A DNA stretch of 64,000 nt, taken from positions 1-64,000 of the forward strand of contig JBGSUI010000075.1 in NCBI GenBank assembly GCA_041736175.1. Reading direction: 5' to 3'. The notes under the pieces are model-generated. The model ran no database searches. It saw nothing but the letters and a program-made list of their open reading frames with translations, and had not been told where the DNA came from. This stretch comes from Oligoflexales bacterium. Its GTDB lineage: Bacteria > Bdellovibrionota_B > Oligoflexia > Oligoflexales > CAIYRB01. A program made the translations under genes and the position numbers. How positions within the stretch are numbered: the stretch's first letter is position 1; each line of letters begins with the position of its first letter. Below are positions 39,456 to 50,267 of this stretch, in pieces.

Positions 39456-40217
39456 TTGAAAATAGACCTAACGGGTAAGGTTGCAGTCGTCACGGGTGCG
39501 AGTAAGGGTATAGGAAGAGCAATCGCCGAACGGCTGGCTCTTTCGGGGGCAAAAGTCTGTGTTTCTAGTCGCAATCTAAAGGCTTGTGAGGTGGTCAGGG
39601 ATTCCATCGTTAAAAGCCAAGGAACAGCCATTTCCGTCGCGGCTGATACCAGCGATCCGCAGGCACTCTCGTATTTAGTCGATGAAACTATTGAAAAATT
39701 TGGAACAATTGATATTTTAGTCAATAATGCAGCCACAAGTCCCATTTTTGGTCCGGTCGAAGAAACCAGTGAAGCTGGGTTTGACAAGATCATGGCCGTC
39801 AATGTCCGAGGGCCCTTTACTCTGTCTAAGTTAATACTCCCCCACTTCAAAAAGAAAATGAGCGGCTCTATCATAAACATTGGTAGCATCGGTGCCGTGC
39901 GACCCGAAGAAGCCCTCGGAATCTACAGTACCAGCAAAGCTGCTCTCTTAAGCCTTACAAAAGTGCTGGCCAAAGAATGGGGCCCCTACGGTGTCAGAGT
40001 CAATTGCGTCTGCCCTGGGCTGGTCAAAACAAAGTTTAACGAGTCCGTCTGGGAATCCCCACCCAATCGCATAGACCATTTTTTGATGCGAACCCCCATG
40101 AAACGGATCGCGACTCCAGAAGAAATTGCTCCTTTTGTGGTCTTTCTGGCTTCGGATTCTATGTCAGGTTTTTCTACCGGAGGAGTCTTTACCATCGACA
40201 GTGGCCTGACCCTTTAG
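39456..40217 (+). CDS. Short-chain dehydrogenase/reductase
   Basis: TGASKGIG, NNAA, YSTSK; SD AAGGAGG before TTG. Confidence 0.94.
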   Translation: MKIDLTGKVAVVTGASKGIGRAIAERLALSGAKVCVSSRNLKACEVVRDSIVKSQGTAISVAADTSDPQALSYLVDETIEKFGTIDILVNNAATSPIFGPVEETSEAGFDKIMAVNVRGPFTLSKLILPHFKKKMSGSIINIGSIGAVRPEEALGIYSTSKAALLSLTKVLAKEWGPYGVRVNCVCPGLVKTKFNESVWESPPNRIDHFLMRTPMKRIATPEEIAPFVVFLASDSMSGFSTGGVFTIDSGLTL

Positions 40218-40270
40218 TAAAGGGCGGCTACATCTTTACCTCCCGACTTGTTTTTGATAGGCGACCGATG

Positions 40271-40576
40271 TCACTTTACGATGGTCTTGACCGCCGCCTT
40301 TGAGTTTCTAAGCTCACTGCGCCACTTGGAACGCAATTTGACCATCTGGGTCAGGGTTTGGGCCTTTTTTCCCTGCAAAAAGAACCCCTGGGGGGCCTGC
40401 ATCTTCCCGTCGATCATGGTTTCGGTAAAGTCGATATTGGTAGAATCAGTAGAACTAAAGCTACTACCCCCTTGCAGCTTTTTTGAGGTCGTCTTGTCTT
40501 GGGCCAAACCAAGGTTTCCAGAGAGACCGCATACGAATGCAAGGACTATTAAAAACAAACCGTTTTGATATCGCAT
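40271..40576 (-). CDS. GltF/CglF-like small exported protein
   Basis: Signal peptide plus IDFTETMIDGKMQAPQG and MVKLRSKW motifs; last gene of a glt-like operon. Confidence 0.65.
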   Translation of the reverse strand: MRYQNGLFLIVLAFVCGLSGNLGLAQDKTTSKKLQGGSSFSSTDSTNIDFTETMIDGKMQAPQGFFLQGKKAQTLTQMVKLRSKWRSELRNSKAAVKTIVK

Positions 40577-40615
40577 AGATTAACTCCTTTAGGTAAAATC
40601 ATTTCAAACAGACTC

Positions 40616-41722
40616 TTATTTGAGTGCTTGCTCTAACTCTGACACAGAGTCTCCGTCATAGTCCGAAACCGTCGAAGCCTTTTTTGTCCCCTTGGATTCT
40701 TTCGGTGATTTATGAGCTACTTTACCTGCGCTTTTCTGAGGCGCTGATTTGGTCTTAGCTGATTTCTGATCGTTTTTGATATTTTTTGCCATCTCCTCTA
40801 TATCTTCGTCACTCACCCCACCCCCATCACCAGATTGGGCTCTTTGGATCTTGTTGATCAAGGCAAACGCCTGATTGTTATCAACAGCCTTACCTCTCTT
40901 GGATGCAATGTATTGTTTAAGGTATTCGATCGCATCATCAAATTCCTTCTCCATCTTAGACGCTACGGCAAGATTGTAGAGAACCAGTGGATTATCTCCG
41001 TCGAGTGCTAAGACCTCCTCAAGGAGTTCCTTGGCTGAGGAGATCTCGCCACGCCCCAGCATAACAATCGCTAGATGGATTTTTGCGTCGAGATTTTTTG
41101 GCTCGGCTTTTATAACTCGTTCAAACTCCACTGCGGCAAGTCCCATCTGTCGGTGTTTGATGTATAGCACTCCCAAGTTCATGCGTGCCGCATTGTCATT
41201 GGGGTCTAAACGGATCGACTTCTTAAAGAGACTCATCGCTACGTTGTTGTTGCCTTTAAAAAGTTCGATCTGGGCTAGCATATTGATGACGCTTGCGTCC
41301 TTAGAGTTAACCCCTCCTATATTGGTAAAATGAATCAATGCTAAATCGTGCTGACCACGTCTTAAAGCAATCTGTCCCAGTATTTTACGAGCCACACTGC
41401 TCTTAAGATCCTTTCTAAGGATGGTACGACAGATATTTTCGGCTGCATTGAGATCGTCCAATGCGACGTTAACCTGGGCAAGGGCTCCGAGAGCAATGAG
41501 GTCGCCTTTATTTTTGCTCACATGTTCTTGGAGACGCTTTTTTAAGGCCGCTAAATCAGCAGTTCTTTCGCCGTGATTAAGAGTGGTTCTTTGATCATTT
41601 GTGGAGTAAATCACGCCTTCAGTCTCGTTGCTGCTTAGCAGGATATTTTCCTCCACTGCTGTCGTCCGACATCCTAATAGGGATAGGGCTGCTATACTCA
41701 ACGTTCCTATAAATTTAAACAT
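40616..41722 (-). CDS. TPR lipoprotein, GltE/AglT-like
   Basis: GGAGG then ATG 41722; lipobox LLGC; tandem TPRs (AARMNLGVLY, VLYNLAV). Confidence 0.75.
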   Translation of the reverse strand: MFKFIGTLSIAALSLLGCRTTAVEENILLSSNETEGVIYSTNDQRTTLNHGERTADLAALKKRLQEHVSKNKGDLIALGALAQVNVALDDLNAAENICRTILRKDLKSSVARKILGQIALRRGQHDLALIHFTNIGGVNSKDASVINMLAQIELFKGNNNVAMSLFKKSIRLDPNDNAARMNLGVLYIKHRQMGLAAVEFERVIKAEPKNLDAKIHLAIVMLGRGEISSAKELLEEVLALDGDNPLVLYNLAVASKMEKEFDDAIEYLKQYIASKRGKAVDNNQAFALINKIQRAQSGDGGGVSDEDIEEMAKNIKNDQKSAKTKSAPQKSAGKVAHKSPKESKGTKKASTVSDYDGDSVSELEQALK

Positions 41723-41756
41723 AAGTTCCTCCAGTTTGACGTTTAATGTAAAAATC

Positions 41757-44700
41757 CTAATCTTTGATAAGGGCAGCAATGTTTTTGGTGACCTCAAATT
41801 TATGGGTCATATAATTTGGATCTGCTGATATCTCGTCGACTTCGGTATTTTTCTGTGGACTCAGTTCGACCATTTTTTGGTAGGTTTTCTTAGTCCATAC
41901 CGTAAATGTCTCCACCTCTCGCGACCTCTTAAATGCAGTCTCAAAAAGCTTATGGGCTTCAGCTTTAAGTTTAAAAGCAATTTTTTCTAGTTCAGTCTTT
42001 AGTGCATCTGTCTCTGCTTTCGAAATTCCTTTGGGGACAGGAGCTTTGAAAAGAGTCTGTGCAAAATCTTCATGAGCTTCTCCTAGCCGATAAAGAGATG
42101 CAACCGTAAATTCCCCATTGCCGAGGGAAAAAATCGTTTCATATCGGTTGACCAGACTATCGAGACGACGTTGCTTTTCTGTCAACAGCTTCTCAAGCTG
42201 ATTTCCGTCTGCTATCTTAAATCTTAAAAAATCTTGAATTAACGTCTCGTTTTCTGCAAAGAGAACCCCAGCTACAGTCGCCCTAGCGTCCACAGCTACT
42301 GGAGCATTTTTAGCAAGTAACTCCGACTTTAAGGACTCAATCTGCCGAAGACCCTCGGCTTTGTTCCCATAACGGAAGTTCAAAACTGCTGCTTTTGCTC
42401 GTGCTGAAAGACTTGCCTCCCGATCTCTATCACCATATTGGCTATAGATGGTGTATTGTTGAACGGCTTCTTTATATCTCTGATTGGCTTCCAGTAAGGT
42501 TGCCAATTCTAAACGTGCATCACTAGTCAGCTGGTGATGAGGGTAGGCTTGCACAAATTGGTAGAGTGCTTGGATTGATTCCTGGGGACGTTTAAGACCT
42601 TTGTAGAGCACGCTCGCATTAAATAACGCCATAGAAGACCGTTGGTCTTTTGGATAAGTAGAGGCTAGACGTTGGTAGAGACTCGCTGCATCATTAAATC
42701 GAGCCAATGTTTCGTAGGTCGATGCCACGCTGACCATAGTATCAGGAACCACAATCGAACTGGGATATTGGGACAAAATAAGATTGCCAGCAGCAAGGGC
42801 ACTGTCGATCTTTTCAACTTTAAAATAATTAAGCATTGCATTGTAGACCGCTCTATCAGCATTTTTATCGGTGGCAAACTCTTTTTGATAGGCCATAAAC
42901 GTGTCAGCCGCTTTGTCAAAATTCTTGGATTTTTCGAGGGCAAGCGCTTGCTTAAAGAGTGCTCCACGCAATGTATCCACGATGAGCACCTTAAGTTCTT
43001 TGTCCATCAACTGCGAACTTTTAACAAACCTTCTGCTCCAATTCACAACTTCAGGCCAATTCTCCTTTTCAGAGAAATAGCCCAAAATAACTTTTACCGA
43101 AGCTTTGGCTTGTTTGGTTTCAGGAATAACTTTAGTAATGGTTTCAAATCTTTTGATAGATTCTTTATAGTGCCCGTGTTCAAACAAAATCTGAGCCGCC
43201 GTAAACCGCATCGGTTCGCCTTCTTTTTCCTTTGGCAGCAACCCAATATATTGGTCAATCGTTTCTATGAGTTTAGCCTTTTCTTTGGGTAAAGTAATAG
43301 GAGTTGGAACCTGACCAAGAGGAGGTAGTTTTGGCCATGTTTTGCTAGACACAAGTTCATTCATAGCACCTACTGCGTTGATCGCTGCCGGTTTTAGGTA
43401 TTTTCCAGCCGGGTTATCTTTGGCCACTTTCAAATAGTGGAATGATGAGGTCTCATATTTTTTAAAATCATAAAGAATTTCAGCCAAATAGTACCTGATC
43501 TCATAAGCATTACTGCTTTTTGGAAAACTATCCAGATAGGCTTCATAGACATCGGCAGCATATCGCATATAAGCAACACTTTTTGATTTTTGTCCCCGTT
43601 GATGAAAGATTGCGCCATAACGGTGAGTGTTTATTTCGACGATATGATTTGCTTCTTGGATGATATCTTTGTTTTGACCTTGGGCAAAGATCCAGGCTGA
43701 GTCTTTGGAGATATAGAGTTTATGCATCTTTTTAATCTCAGCTACGACGGCAGGAATATTATTGATGATGTCGTAGAGTTCAAGCAACTTTGCGTGAACT
43801 TCTGGATTTTTGGCCCGGAGTGGCGATTCTCGAATGAGCCTTTGAAATACTGCGATCGACTGGGTATTTTTACCCTGTTCTTGATAAATGCGCCCTAAAC
43901 GTTCCAGCATCTTATAAAAGGAATCTTTTTCTCCAATCGTCCTAAAATACCGCCAAGCAGCATCGATTTCCTCAGTTTCAGCCCATACCATTATAAGATC
44001 GCTGATTGCTTCCTCTCTTAGGTCAAAATTTCGATTCTCTTCGCCTTTTGCATCGGAGAGTTTCACTACTAGTTTAAATGCCGCAATGGATTTTTTAAAG
44101 TTTTCGGCCATGGTCTTTTCGCTGGTTCCAGCAGCATTAAAATAAGACCATCCTAGTTTGTAGACGGCATAAGGATAGGCATGATGTTCTTTGAAATCGA
44201 GAACCTTTTTATAACTCTCAATGGCCTCATTCACTTGTGTTTTTTCAAAATACCATTCCCCAAGGGCCAAGTAGGTATCAGGGATCAACGGTGAACGTGG
44301 AAACGACTGTACAAGCTGGTTGAAGTAATCAACCGATGTATCCTTTCCCATCCTAGCGAGGGTTTTGCCCAATGCATAGAGAGCGGCGTCAGTTCTAGGG
44401 TGGTTTGGAAACTCGCCAACCAACCTTCTAAAGGCGTTTACAGCACTGAGCATTTCGTTTTCGGAACGGTCTTTTTGTAGCTTTGGTTCAGGGGTTTTTT
44501 TGCCGTCTTTATTCCATTTATCCCATTCTTTTTGGTACCTAGATATCTCTAGGTCCCGCAAATAATCATGTCTCTCGACATGAAGTTCGCCTAATCGCAA
44601 AAGCAGCTCAAATCGTCGAGAACTTTTCTTACTAGATTCGAGGATATCACTCACAGAACGGATGGTTTTTACTCTAAGGACATCAGCTTTTTGAAGATCC

Positions 44701-44906
44701 CTCGGGCTTATGCCCTTGCGTTTTTCGGAAAAGTAACTGGCATGATCTTCCATATTTGGAGCGATGACTTTTCCATCTTCTCTAAATCTCTTATTATCGT
44801 CGTTTTTGCCTAAGGCTATTGAACCAAACAAACAAAATGCCCCTAGCATGAGGCTCGATACCTTAAGTCGTGATTTCCAATTTTTGATCTTAATAAGATG
44901 TTGCAT
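41757..44906 (-). CDS. Large periplasmic TPR protein, GltD/AgmU-like
   Basis: 1049 aa with signal peptide and many TPRs (FPNHPRTDAALYALG, YAVYKLGWSYFN); C-terminal ASLYRLGEAHEDFA...APVP. Confidence 0.75.
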   Translation of the reverse strand: MQHLIKIKNWKSRLKVSSLMLGAFCLFGSIALGKNDDNKRFREDGKVIAPNMEDHASYFSEKRKGISPRDLQKADVLRVKTIRSVSDILESSKKSSRRFELLLRLGELHVERHDYLRDLEISRYQKEWDKWNKDGKKTPEPKLQKDRSENEMLSAVNAFRRLVGEFPNHPRTDAALYALGKTLARMGKDTSVDYFNQLVQSFPRSPLIPDTYLALGEWYFEKTQVNEAIESYKKVLDFKEHHAYPYAVYKLGWSYFNAAGTSEKTMAENFKKSIAAFKLVVKLSDAKGEENRNFDLREEAISDLIMVWAETEEIDAAWRYFRTIGEKDSFYKMLERLGRIYQEQGKNTQSIAVFQRLIRESPLRAKNPEVHAKLLELYDIINNIPAVVAEIKKMHKLYISKDSAWIFAQGQNKDIIQEANHIVEINTHRYGAIFHQRGQKSKSVAYMRYAADVYEAYLDSFPKSSNAYEIRYYLAEILYDFKKYETSSFHYLKVAKDNPAGKYLKPAAINAVGAMNELVSSKTWPKLPPLGQVPTPITLPKEKAKLIETIDQYIGLLPKEKEGEPMRFTAAQILFEHGHYKESIKRFETITKVIPETKQAKASVKVILGYFSEKENWPEVVNWSRRFVKSSQLMDKELKVLIVDTLRGALFKQALALEKSKNFDKAADTFMAYQKEFATDKNADRAVYNAMLNYFKVEKIDSALAAGNLILSQYPSSIVVPDTMVSVASTYETLARFNDAASLYQRLASTYPKDQRSSMALFNASVLYKGLKRPQESIQALYQFVQAYPHHQLTSDARLELATLLEANQRYKEAVQQYTIYSQYGDRDREASLSARAKAAVLNFRYGNKAEGLRQIESLKSELLAKNAPVAVDARATVAGVLFAENETLIQDFLRFKIADGNQLEKLLTEKQRRLDSLVNRYETIFSLGNGEFTVASLYRLGEAHEDFAQTLFKAPVPKGISKAETDALKTELEKIAFKLKAEAHKLFETAFKRSREVETFTVWTKKTYQKMVELSPQKNTEVDEISADPNYMTHKFEVTKNIAALIKD

Positions 44907-44936
44907 TTTTTCCCCTCCCTTTTTGTGTTTAAATCA

Positions 44937-46577
44937 TCACTTCTTACTGGTTACCATCTGGCAGCTAGACCCAACTGGTGTGATATAAAATCCAACTTCG
45001 TCCCACCAATATTCGCCATTTCGCGAGTCCTTCCAGGACTGGGTTTTATCAGCCCATCCGCTCACCTTATACTGCTGGGACACCTTGGTAATCTTGGTCG
45101 ATGCATGGAGATTTTTCCCCAGGATTTGATCTTTTTCACTCATTAGTAGTTCCACATAGAGAAACTGTGCTTGGGCATACAACCTTTCGTAGTCTTTTTT
45201 TGTTTCCATGAGTTCAGCCAAATACCTTTTACCGATTTCTCGCCTTAAGGATGCCATCCAGCGATCAAGGTAATCCGAAGCCCTTCCCATATTATCCTTC
45301 GAACCAAAAATCCCCTTAGCATCGATCCTGGCATTTTCTTCGACGACGGCTGCATATTGATCTCTTAAATAGAGCATGGAGTCTCTTTCGGCATTGGTTT
45401 TAAGGATGGCATGGGGAAGCCCCAAAGATCGACCGGAGACACCGCTAATCATGTTTTCAAATAGCTGATAGGCCACCTCTGAATCCGATCTTTGACGATC
45501 TAAAAACTCATTGAGATCTTCGATCGCTGCCGCATGTTTTTCCATAAAATCTGCCAGAGCGTTGCGACTATCGTCGTAGCGACAAAGCCAATAATGTATC
45601 ATTGACTTTAACATAGTCGCCTCTGGATTAAAGACCTGCTGAAAAAAGGGACTTTCTGCGCCATGGATAGCCCCGAGGGCATGCATGGGAAATCCGCCCA
45701 TAAAAAAAGCCCATGATTGTTCGAAAAGAGCATCATAAAAGTTTGGACCATTTTTATTGACGCTACGATAGGATTTAATAGCGTCTTCAAACTTGCCTTT
45801 TTCGTAACTGATTCTTCCCAGAGCTAAATAAGTGTAATCGATAAGGTTGGCGAGAGAACTCCCGCCAATGGAGGGATTGGTTTGATTGGCTGTAAATAGT
45901 ATTGACTTTAATGCGACTTCAGCTTTGTCCAATTTATTTTGGTCTACATAAATCATAGCCTGCTGGTATTTTGCGGGCAAAAAATACTTATCTTGAACTC
46001 TGAGCTTTCCTAAATAGTCAACAGCAATATCAAAATCACCTTTTTTTGAGGCCGCATTTCCGGCTATATAATACCAGTTAGATTTAAACGAGCTTGGATT
46101 TTTGCCTCTTAAATCGACCTGCTCAGCAACGATCTCTAAAATGGTCTGAATTGGCTTTTTTTCTGATACATTGCTTAATATTTCCCACGAAGGATTTAGA
46201 TCTCTAGAAAGTGGGCGTTCTGCCGTTTTGATGGCTTGGGATGAATAGATCGAGGCCAAAATGGGATATCCGGCTTCGTTAAGGAGCGCAGCTTGCGCCT
46301 GTAGAAGGCTGACACGGTCTGCTTGGATCATGCTACCGCCTTTACTAGTCAGACTATCAAGGCGCTCCCAAGCAACTTTCGCCGTAATGTCGCCCATACG
46401 GTAGGATTTTTTGATGTTGAACAGTTGATTATGAAGGAGCGTTCTTAATGGCACGCGGGCTTTTCGATTGTTAGCTTTGAGCCCGTAACTCTGGCCATAG
46501 AGGAGACTCTCCGGGGGCGACAAAATCGCCGCTCCCAAGAGCATAATCAATATTTGGACAAACTTTTTATCAAACAT
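44937..46577 (-). CDS. TPR protein, GltC-like
   Basis: YLALGRISYE, DALFEQSWAFF, SPFF, WLCRY and C-terminal GEYWWDEVGFY...C motifs. Confidence 0.72.
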   Translation of the reverse strand: MFDKKFVQILIMLLGAAILSPPESLLYGQSYGLKANNRKARVPLRTLLHNQLFNIKKSYRMGDITAKVAWERLDSLTSKGGSMIQADRVSLLQAQAALLNEAGYPILASIYSSQAIKTAERPLSRDLNPSWEILSNVSEKKPIQTILEIVAEQVDLRGKNPSSFKSNWYYIAGNAASKKGDFDIAVDYLGKLRVQDKYFLPAKYQQAMIYVDQNKLDKAEVALKSILFTANQTNPSIGGSSLANLIDYTYLALGRISYEKGKFEDAIKSYRSVNKNGPNFYDALFEQSWAFFMGGFPMHALGAIHGAESPFFQQVFNPEATMLKSMIHYWLCRYDDSRNALADFMEKHAAAIEDLNEFLDRQRSDSEVAYQLFENMISGVSGRSLGLPHAILKTNAERDSMLYLRDQYAAVVEENARIDAKGIFGSKDNMGRASDYLDRWMASLRREIGKRYLAELMETKKDYERLYAQAQFLYVELLMSEKDQILGKNLHASTKITKVSQQYKVSGWADKTQSWKDSRNGEYWWDEVGFYITPVGSSCQMVTSKK

Positions 46578-46600
46578 AGAGACTCCCTAAATTTGGGGGT

Positions 46601-47314
46601 TTAATTAAAAAAATAACTAGTTCCTAGGTCGAAGGCATAAGAGTTTTTGCGAGATTCTGTCCCTGCCCGACTTTCGTTAAAAATCCTGTCTTTGAAATCG
46701 ATGCGAAACGACCAGTTCTTGCCCACATAAAATCTTTCCCCGGCCCCGATGGTATATGCTAGTTTTTCTCCCTGATCGGTCTCAACTCGAGATACTCCAA
46801 ACGCTGTATAGAGGTCTGTATAGATGATCACTCGATTGATAAAATTTAATTTACCGTAGAAAGGGGCGGCAATGGCGGAGACATCGGTCATCCCATGAAT
46901 AGCGTTGACTTCGGGGTCAGGAGACACAACGGTTTCCACCGTACCATCCCCAGGGGGGATCGCATCGCTCGACGTTAAAGGCTTGTACTTGAGTTTGTTA
47001 AGGGCTCTGCGATCGTCGGAGTCGGTGACTGAAGTGCGGGTCATGGCGATTTCAAAACCTAACCATTCATTAAAAAAAAGTCCGGAGCGAGCACCAAAGG
47101 TTCGTGTTTCGAGGTAGGCTTCGTCTAAGATGGCCCCTACAAGAAGACCGGCTTCGGGGCGGAGGGTTTTAAGAAAATAACGGTTCTGGAGGACGGTAAC
47201 CGACTCTTTACTAGATTTGCCCCTAATTTCGTTGGGATCTAGATCCATCGACCAAACATGATTCGATGATAGAGAGAAGCACACTAAGACAATTGAAAAA
47301 ATTAAGATTTTCAT
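46601..47314 (-). CDS. Outer-membrane beta-barrel, GltA/GltB/GltH-like
   Basis: Signal peptide, VLQNRYFLK, APFYGKLNF, alternating beta strands, terminal GTSYFF. Confidence 0.78.
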   Translation of the reverse strand: MKILIFSIVLVCFSLSSNHVWSMDLDPNEIRGKSSKESVTVLQNRYFLKTLRPEAGLLVGAILDEAYLETRTFGARSGLFFNEWLGFEIAMTRTSVTDSDDRRALNKLKYKPLTSSDAIPPGDGTVETVVSPDPEVNAIHGMTDVSAIAAPFYGKLNFINRVIIYTDLYTAFGVSRVETDQGEKLAYTIGAGERFYVGKNWSFRIDFKDRIFNESRAGTESRKNSYAFDLGTSYFFN

Positions 47315-47387
47315 TTTTTTTACCTCTAAAAAAGTTGCAAAATGTTTCTAACGACGTTTTTGCAGCCGGAGATTCCCGACAAGGTAA

Positions 47388-47414
47388 CGTTCGGTGTCTC
47401 CTGAAAAAAATTTA
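47388..47414 (-). promoter_or_regulatory. Putative sigma28 promoter of the glt-like operon
   Basis: Minus strand TAAA-N15-ACCGAACG, about 75 nt upstream of ATG 47314. Confidence 0.6.
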
Positions 47415-47590
47415 GGTAAATCTTGAATTTCAAAATTTTTGCTAAAAATGCCGGCGAGATGCTGAATGGTTTAAGGGGTTTGAAAACAGCGGTCGGCACT
47501 CTAAAAAAGTTGAGCTCCTACCCCCAAAGGGGAGAGGCTAAAAATAACTAGAACACCTCATACGCCTCAACACACCCCAGAAACACGAGT

Positions 47591-48916
47591 TTAGGGATTG
47601 ATCGGAGCATTGAGCACGTGGTCGATAAAAGGCCGCATATCCATGGAGACTTCGAGGTCTTTTAGCAGGTGAAAGACCCCTCCAAGCTTGCGGTTTAGCA
47701 AAGCAAGCCTTTTAGCGGGAGGAGAGTATTGAACTTTCGTTATAAATTTAAAGGAGGTCTCCCGGATTGTTTTTAGATAGGAATCATCATTAAACCTGAA
47801 TGGTTGAGATTCAACCGCAAAGATCTTCACCACATGTTCGAGCATGGCGACGAGCAGTTCAATCACCTCGGGTGACTCTCTGGAATCTAAAAAACCATAG
47901 TCGATGATCTTTTGAACCAGCATATTATGGTTTTTTAAAGCCATAACTTTAAAGAGGGTCTGAATCTCTTGGCGAAATTTAGGCTCGTAATGAATGGTCG
48001 CTCCAAAATCTAGGAGCACTAGCTGCCGAGTGGATGGACGGTATAGAAAGTTTCCATAGTTGGGGTCCGTCTGGACGACGCCAAAGGTAAAAAACTCGTC
48101 GATCAGCAGGGAGATCAGCATCTTGCCAAAATTCGTAGCTTCTTCTGCAGGCGGCTTTGATTTAATCCAGTCATTGATGCGAACCCCCTCTTCAAAACTC
48201 AGCGTGAGGATTTTTTGGGTGGTGTATTCATGGTACACCGTGGGTACCACAAAAGAGCCCCCACCGACTTTAGATCGGTAGAGGTCCACATTTTTAGCTT
48301 CGTTTAAATAGTCGGATTCTAGCTTGAGTGAGGTTGCTAGCTCTTCAAAAAAATCATCAAAGTTAATGTTTTTGCCACGCAACTGGGTCCAGGTTTTTGC
48401 AAAACGCTTAAGGGTGTTTAGATCACTATCTATTGTAGCCGCTACCCCAGGAAATTGGATTTTGACCGCAATAGGATTTCCATGGAGTACGGCTTTATGG
48501 ACCTGACCAATAGAGGCTGCAGCAATGGGTTGGGATGTAAAACCCGCCATTTGGGAAAAACGGTCACTACCTAGCTCTCGCCTTACGATATAACGAACCT
48601 GATCGATATCCATGGAGGTGCTGCTGTCATGGAGGGTTCGTAAGATCTGAACCACCTCGGGCGGCAGGAGGTCACTAAACTCCAAGGACAATAGCTGTCC
48701 AGCCTTCATAGCAGCGCCTTTTAATTGGCTAAGCGCATCCACAAAGTCCTGAGTTTGTTTGATTTTTGTAGCTAATCCATTAAGTTCTTGATTGCCATCG
48801 GTAAAGATTTTGGAGCCTAATCTGCCTGAGACTTCCCGGGCGGCTATTTTGGCTCCTGACATTAGAAGTCGAGTGGCGCGGGCGATCGAAGACTGGGGAA
48901 TTTTGGATTTTGACAT
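47591..48916 (-). CDS. ABC1/UbiB/COQ8-like atypical kinase
   Basis: MKAGQ (KxGQ), AAASIGQVH, VKIQFPG, QTDPNYGN, LDFG. Confidence 0.93.
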   Translation of the reverse strand: MSKSKIPQSSIARATRLLMSGAKIAAREVSGRLGSKIFTDGNQELNGLATKIKQTQDFVDALSQLKGAAMKAGQLLSLEFSDLLPPEVVQILRTLHDSSTSMDIDQVRYIVRRELGSDRFSQMAGFTSQPIAAASIGQVHKAVLHGNPIAVKIQFPGVAATIDSDLNTLKRFAKTWTQLRGKNINFDDFFEELATSLKLESDYLNEAKNVDLYRSKVGGGSFVVPTVYHEYTTQKILTLSFEEGVRINDWIKSKPPAEEATNFGKMLISLLIDEFFTFGVVQTDPNYGNFLYRPSTRQLVLLDFGATIHYEPKFRQEIQTLFKVMALKNHNMLVQKIIDYGFLDSRESPEVIELLVAMLEHVVKIFAVESQPFRFNDDSYLKTIRETSFKFITKVQYSPPAKRLALLNRKLGGVFHLLKDLEVSMDMRPFIDHVLNAPINP

Positions 48917-49031
48917 TGTTGCAGCTCCTGCATAAGCTCCTCAGATGGTATCATAGATGGCAGAAATGGGGCCAAATGAGGCCCAAGGGATTTGAATGTA
49001 TGTATCTATTCCAAGAGAGACTTCTTAACAT

Positions 49032-50237
49032 ATGGATAAAATTAGTGATTATGAGTCTAGGCGCATCCGCCAACGGACTTTTGATGACCTCGCTATCTCA
49101 TCAGAAAAATCCGACACCGAAATCTTCACCCGAAAGCCTGTCTATACCATTTGCCTTTTAGTTTTTTTTGTGATGGCCCTAGCAGCCGGAAGTCTTAATC
49201 TTTATAGTGCCTCTGGAGGGGATGCCCTCTTTTATGCTCATATCAAGCATGCCTCCGTTGCGGTTTTTTGCTTTGTTCTCTTGGTCGCTTTTGTCCGCCC
49301 CAAACACTTGGTTGCGTCCACTTATTGGATCTACGCCCTGATTGGAATCCTCTTAGTCTGTGTCTTGGTCGTTGGGCAAATAGGTGGAGGATCTCGACGA
49401 TGGCTTAATCTGGGTCCTCTCAACGGACAGCCATCTGAACTGGCAAAAATAGCTATTGCGATGGTAGCCGCTCGTTTCTTTTCGGAGTCACAGATCAATA
49501 AAGCCTATAAACTAGGAGATATTTGGCCATTGGGTGTCTTACTGCTCATCTACTCGGCATTGATCTTTCCCCAACCTGACTTGGGCACCGCAAGCTTTTT
49601 AGCCCTCATCGTCATTGCCCAAATCTGTTTTGTACGAATCGATTTTCGCAGCTTTGCGATTGTCATGTCTGGCATTTTGGTGACGATTCCGGTCCTATGG
49701 AGATTTTTCCTCCTGGACTATCAAAAAATTCGCATCTTAAGTTTCTTAGATCCCTCTTACGAACCCCAAGGAAAGGGTTACAATGTCTTGCAATCCCTCA
49801 TCGCCGTCGGCAGTGGGGGCCTCTATGGAAAGGGCTTTATGAATGGAACACAAACCCATCTTAAGTTTTTACCCATGAGCCACTCTGATTTTATTTTTTC
49901 TGTGTTTTCGGAAGAATATGGCTTTATCGGATCATCCCTGGTCATTCTTTCTTTCGCCTCGGTTGCTTGCATCTCGCTCTTGATCGCAAAACAGTCCAAA
50001 AACACATTTTGCTCACTTCTTGCTGTTGGACTCGGAGCTTTTTTATTTATTGAATTTGCAATTAACGTCGCTATGGTTTTGCGAATGTTTCCTGTTAAGG
50101 GATTACCGCTCCCTTTTTTCTCGTTTGGAGGTTCAAACCTTATCACTTCCTGTGTCGCCATTGCGATCCTTATCATCATCGATCGGGACAATCGGGGCCG
50201 CTTTCGTAGCAAACACTTGCATCTCTACAGAAACTAA
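49032..50237 (+). CDS. rodA: SEDS peptidoglycan polymerase RodA
   Basis: GSRRWL, QPSELAK, QPDLGTA, YQKIRI, QSLIAVGSGG, HSDFIFSVFSEE, LPFFSFGGS. Confidence 0.9.
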   Translation: MDKISDYESRRIRQRTFDDLAISSEKSDTEIFTRKPVYTICLLVFFVMALAAGSLNLYSASGGDALFYAHIKHASVAVFCFVLLVAFVRPKHLVASTYWIYALIGILLVCVLVVGQIGGGSRRWLNLGPLNGQPSELAKIAIAMVAARFFSESQINKAYKLGDIWPLGVLLLIYSALIFPQPDLGTASFLALIVIAQICFVRIDFRSFAIVMSGILVTIPVLWRFFLLDYQKIRILSFLDPSYEPQGKGYNVLQSLIAVGSGGLYGKGFMNGTQTHLKFLPMSHSDFIFSVFSEEYGFIGSSLVILSFASVACISLLIAKQSKNTFCSLLAVGLGAFLFIEFAINVAMVLRMFPVKGLPLPFFSFGGSNLITSCVAIAILIIIDRDNRGRFRSKHLHLYRN

Positions 50238-50267
50238 GAAATTACGGACCCATGTGAAAGGTTTTTC

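Noticed and set aside
39456..40217. SDR as the ketoreductase of the AOS-FAAL pathway
   Set aside because: It lies 30 kb away and is a generic SDR with no evidence of linkage.
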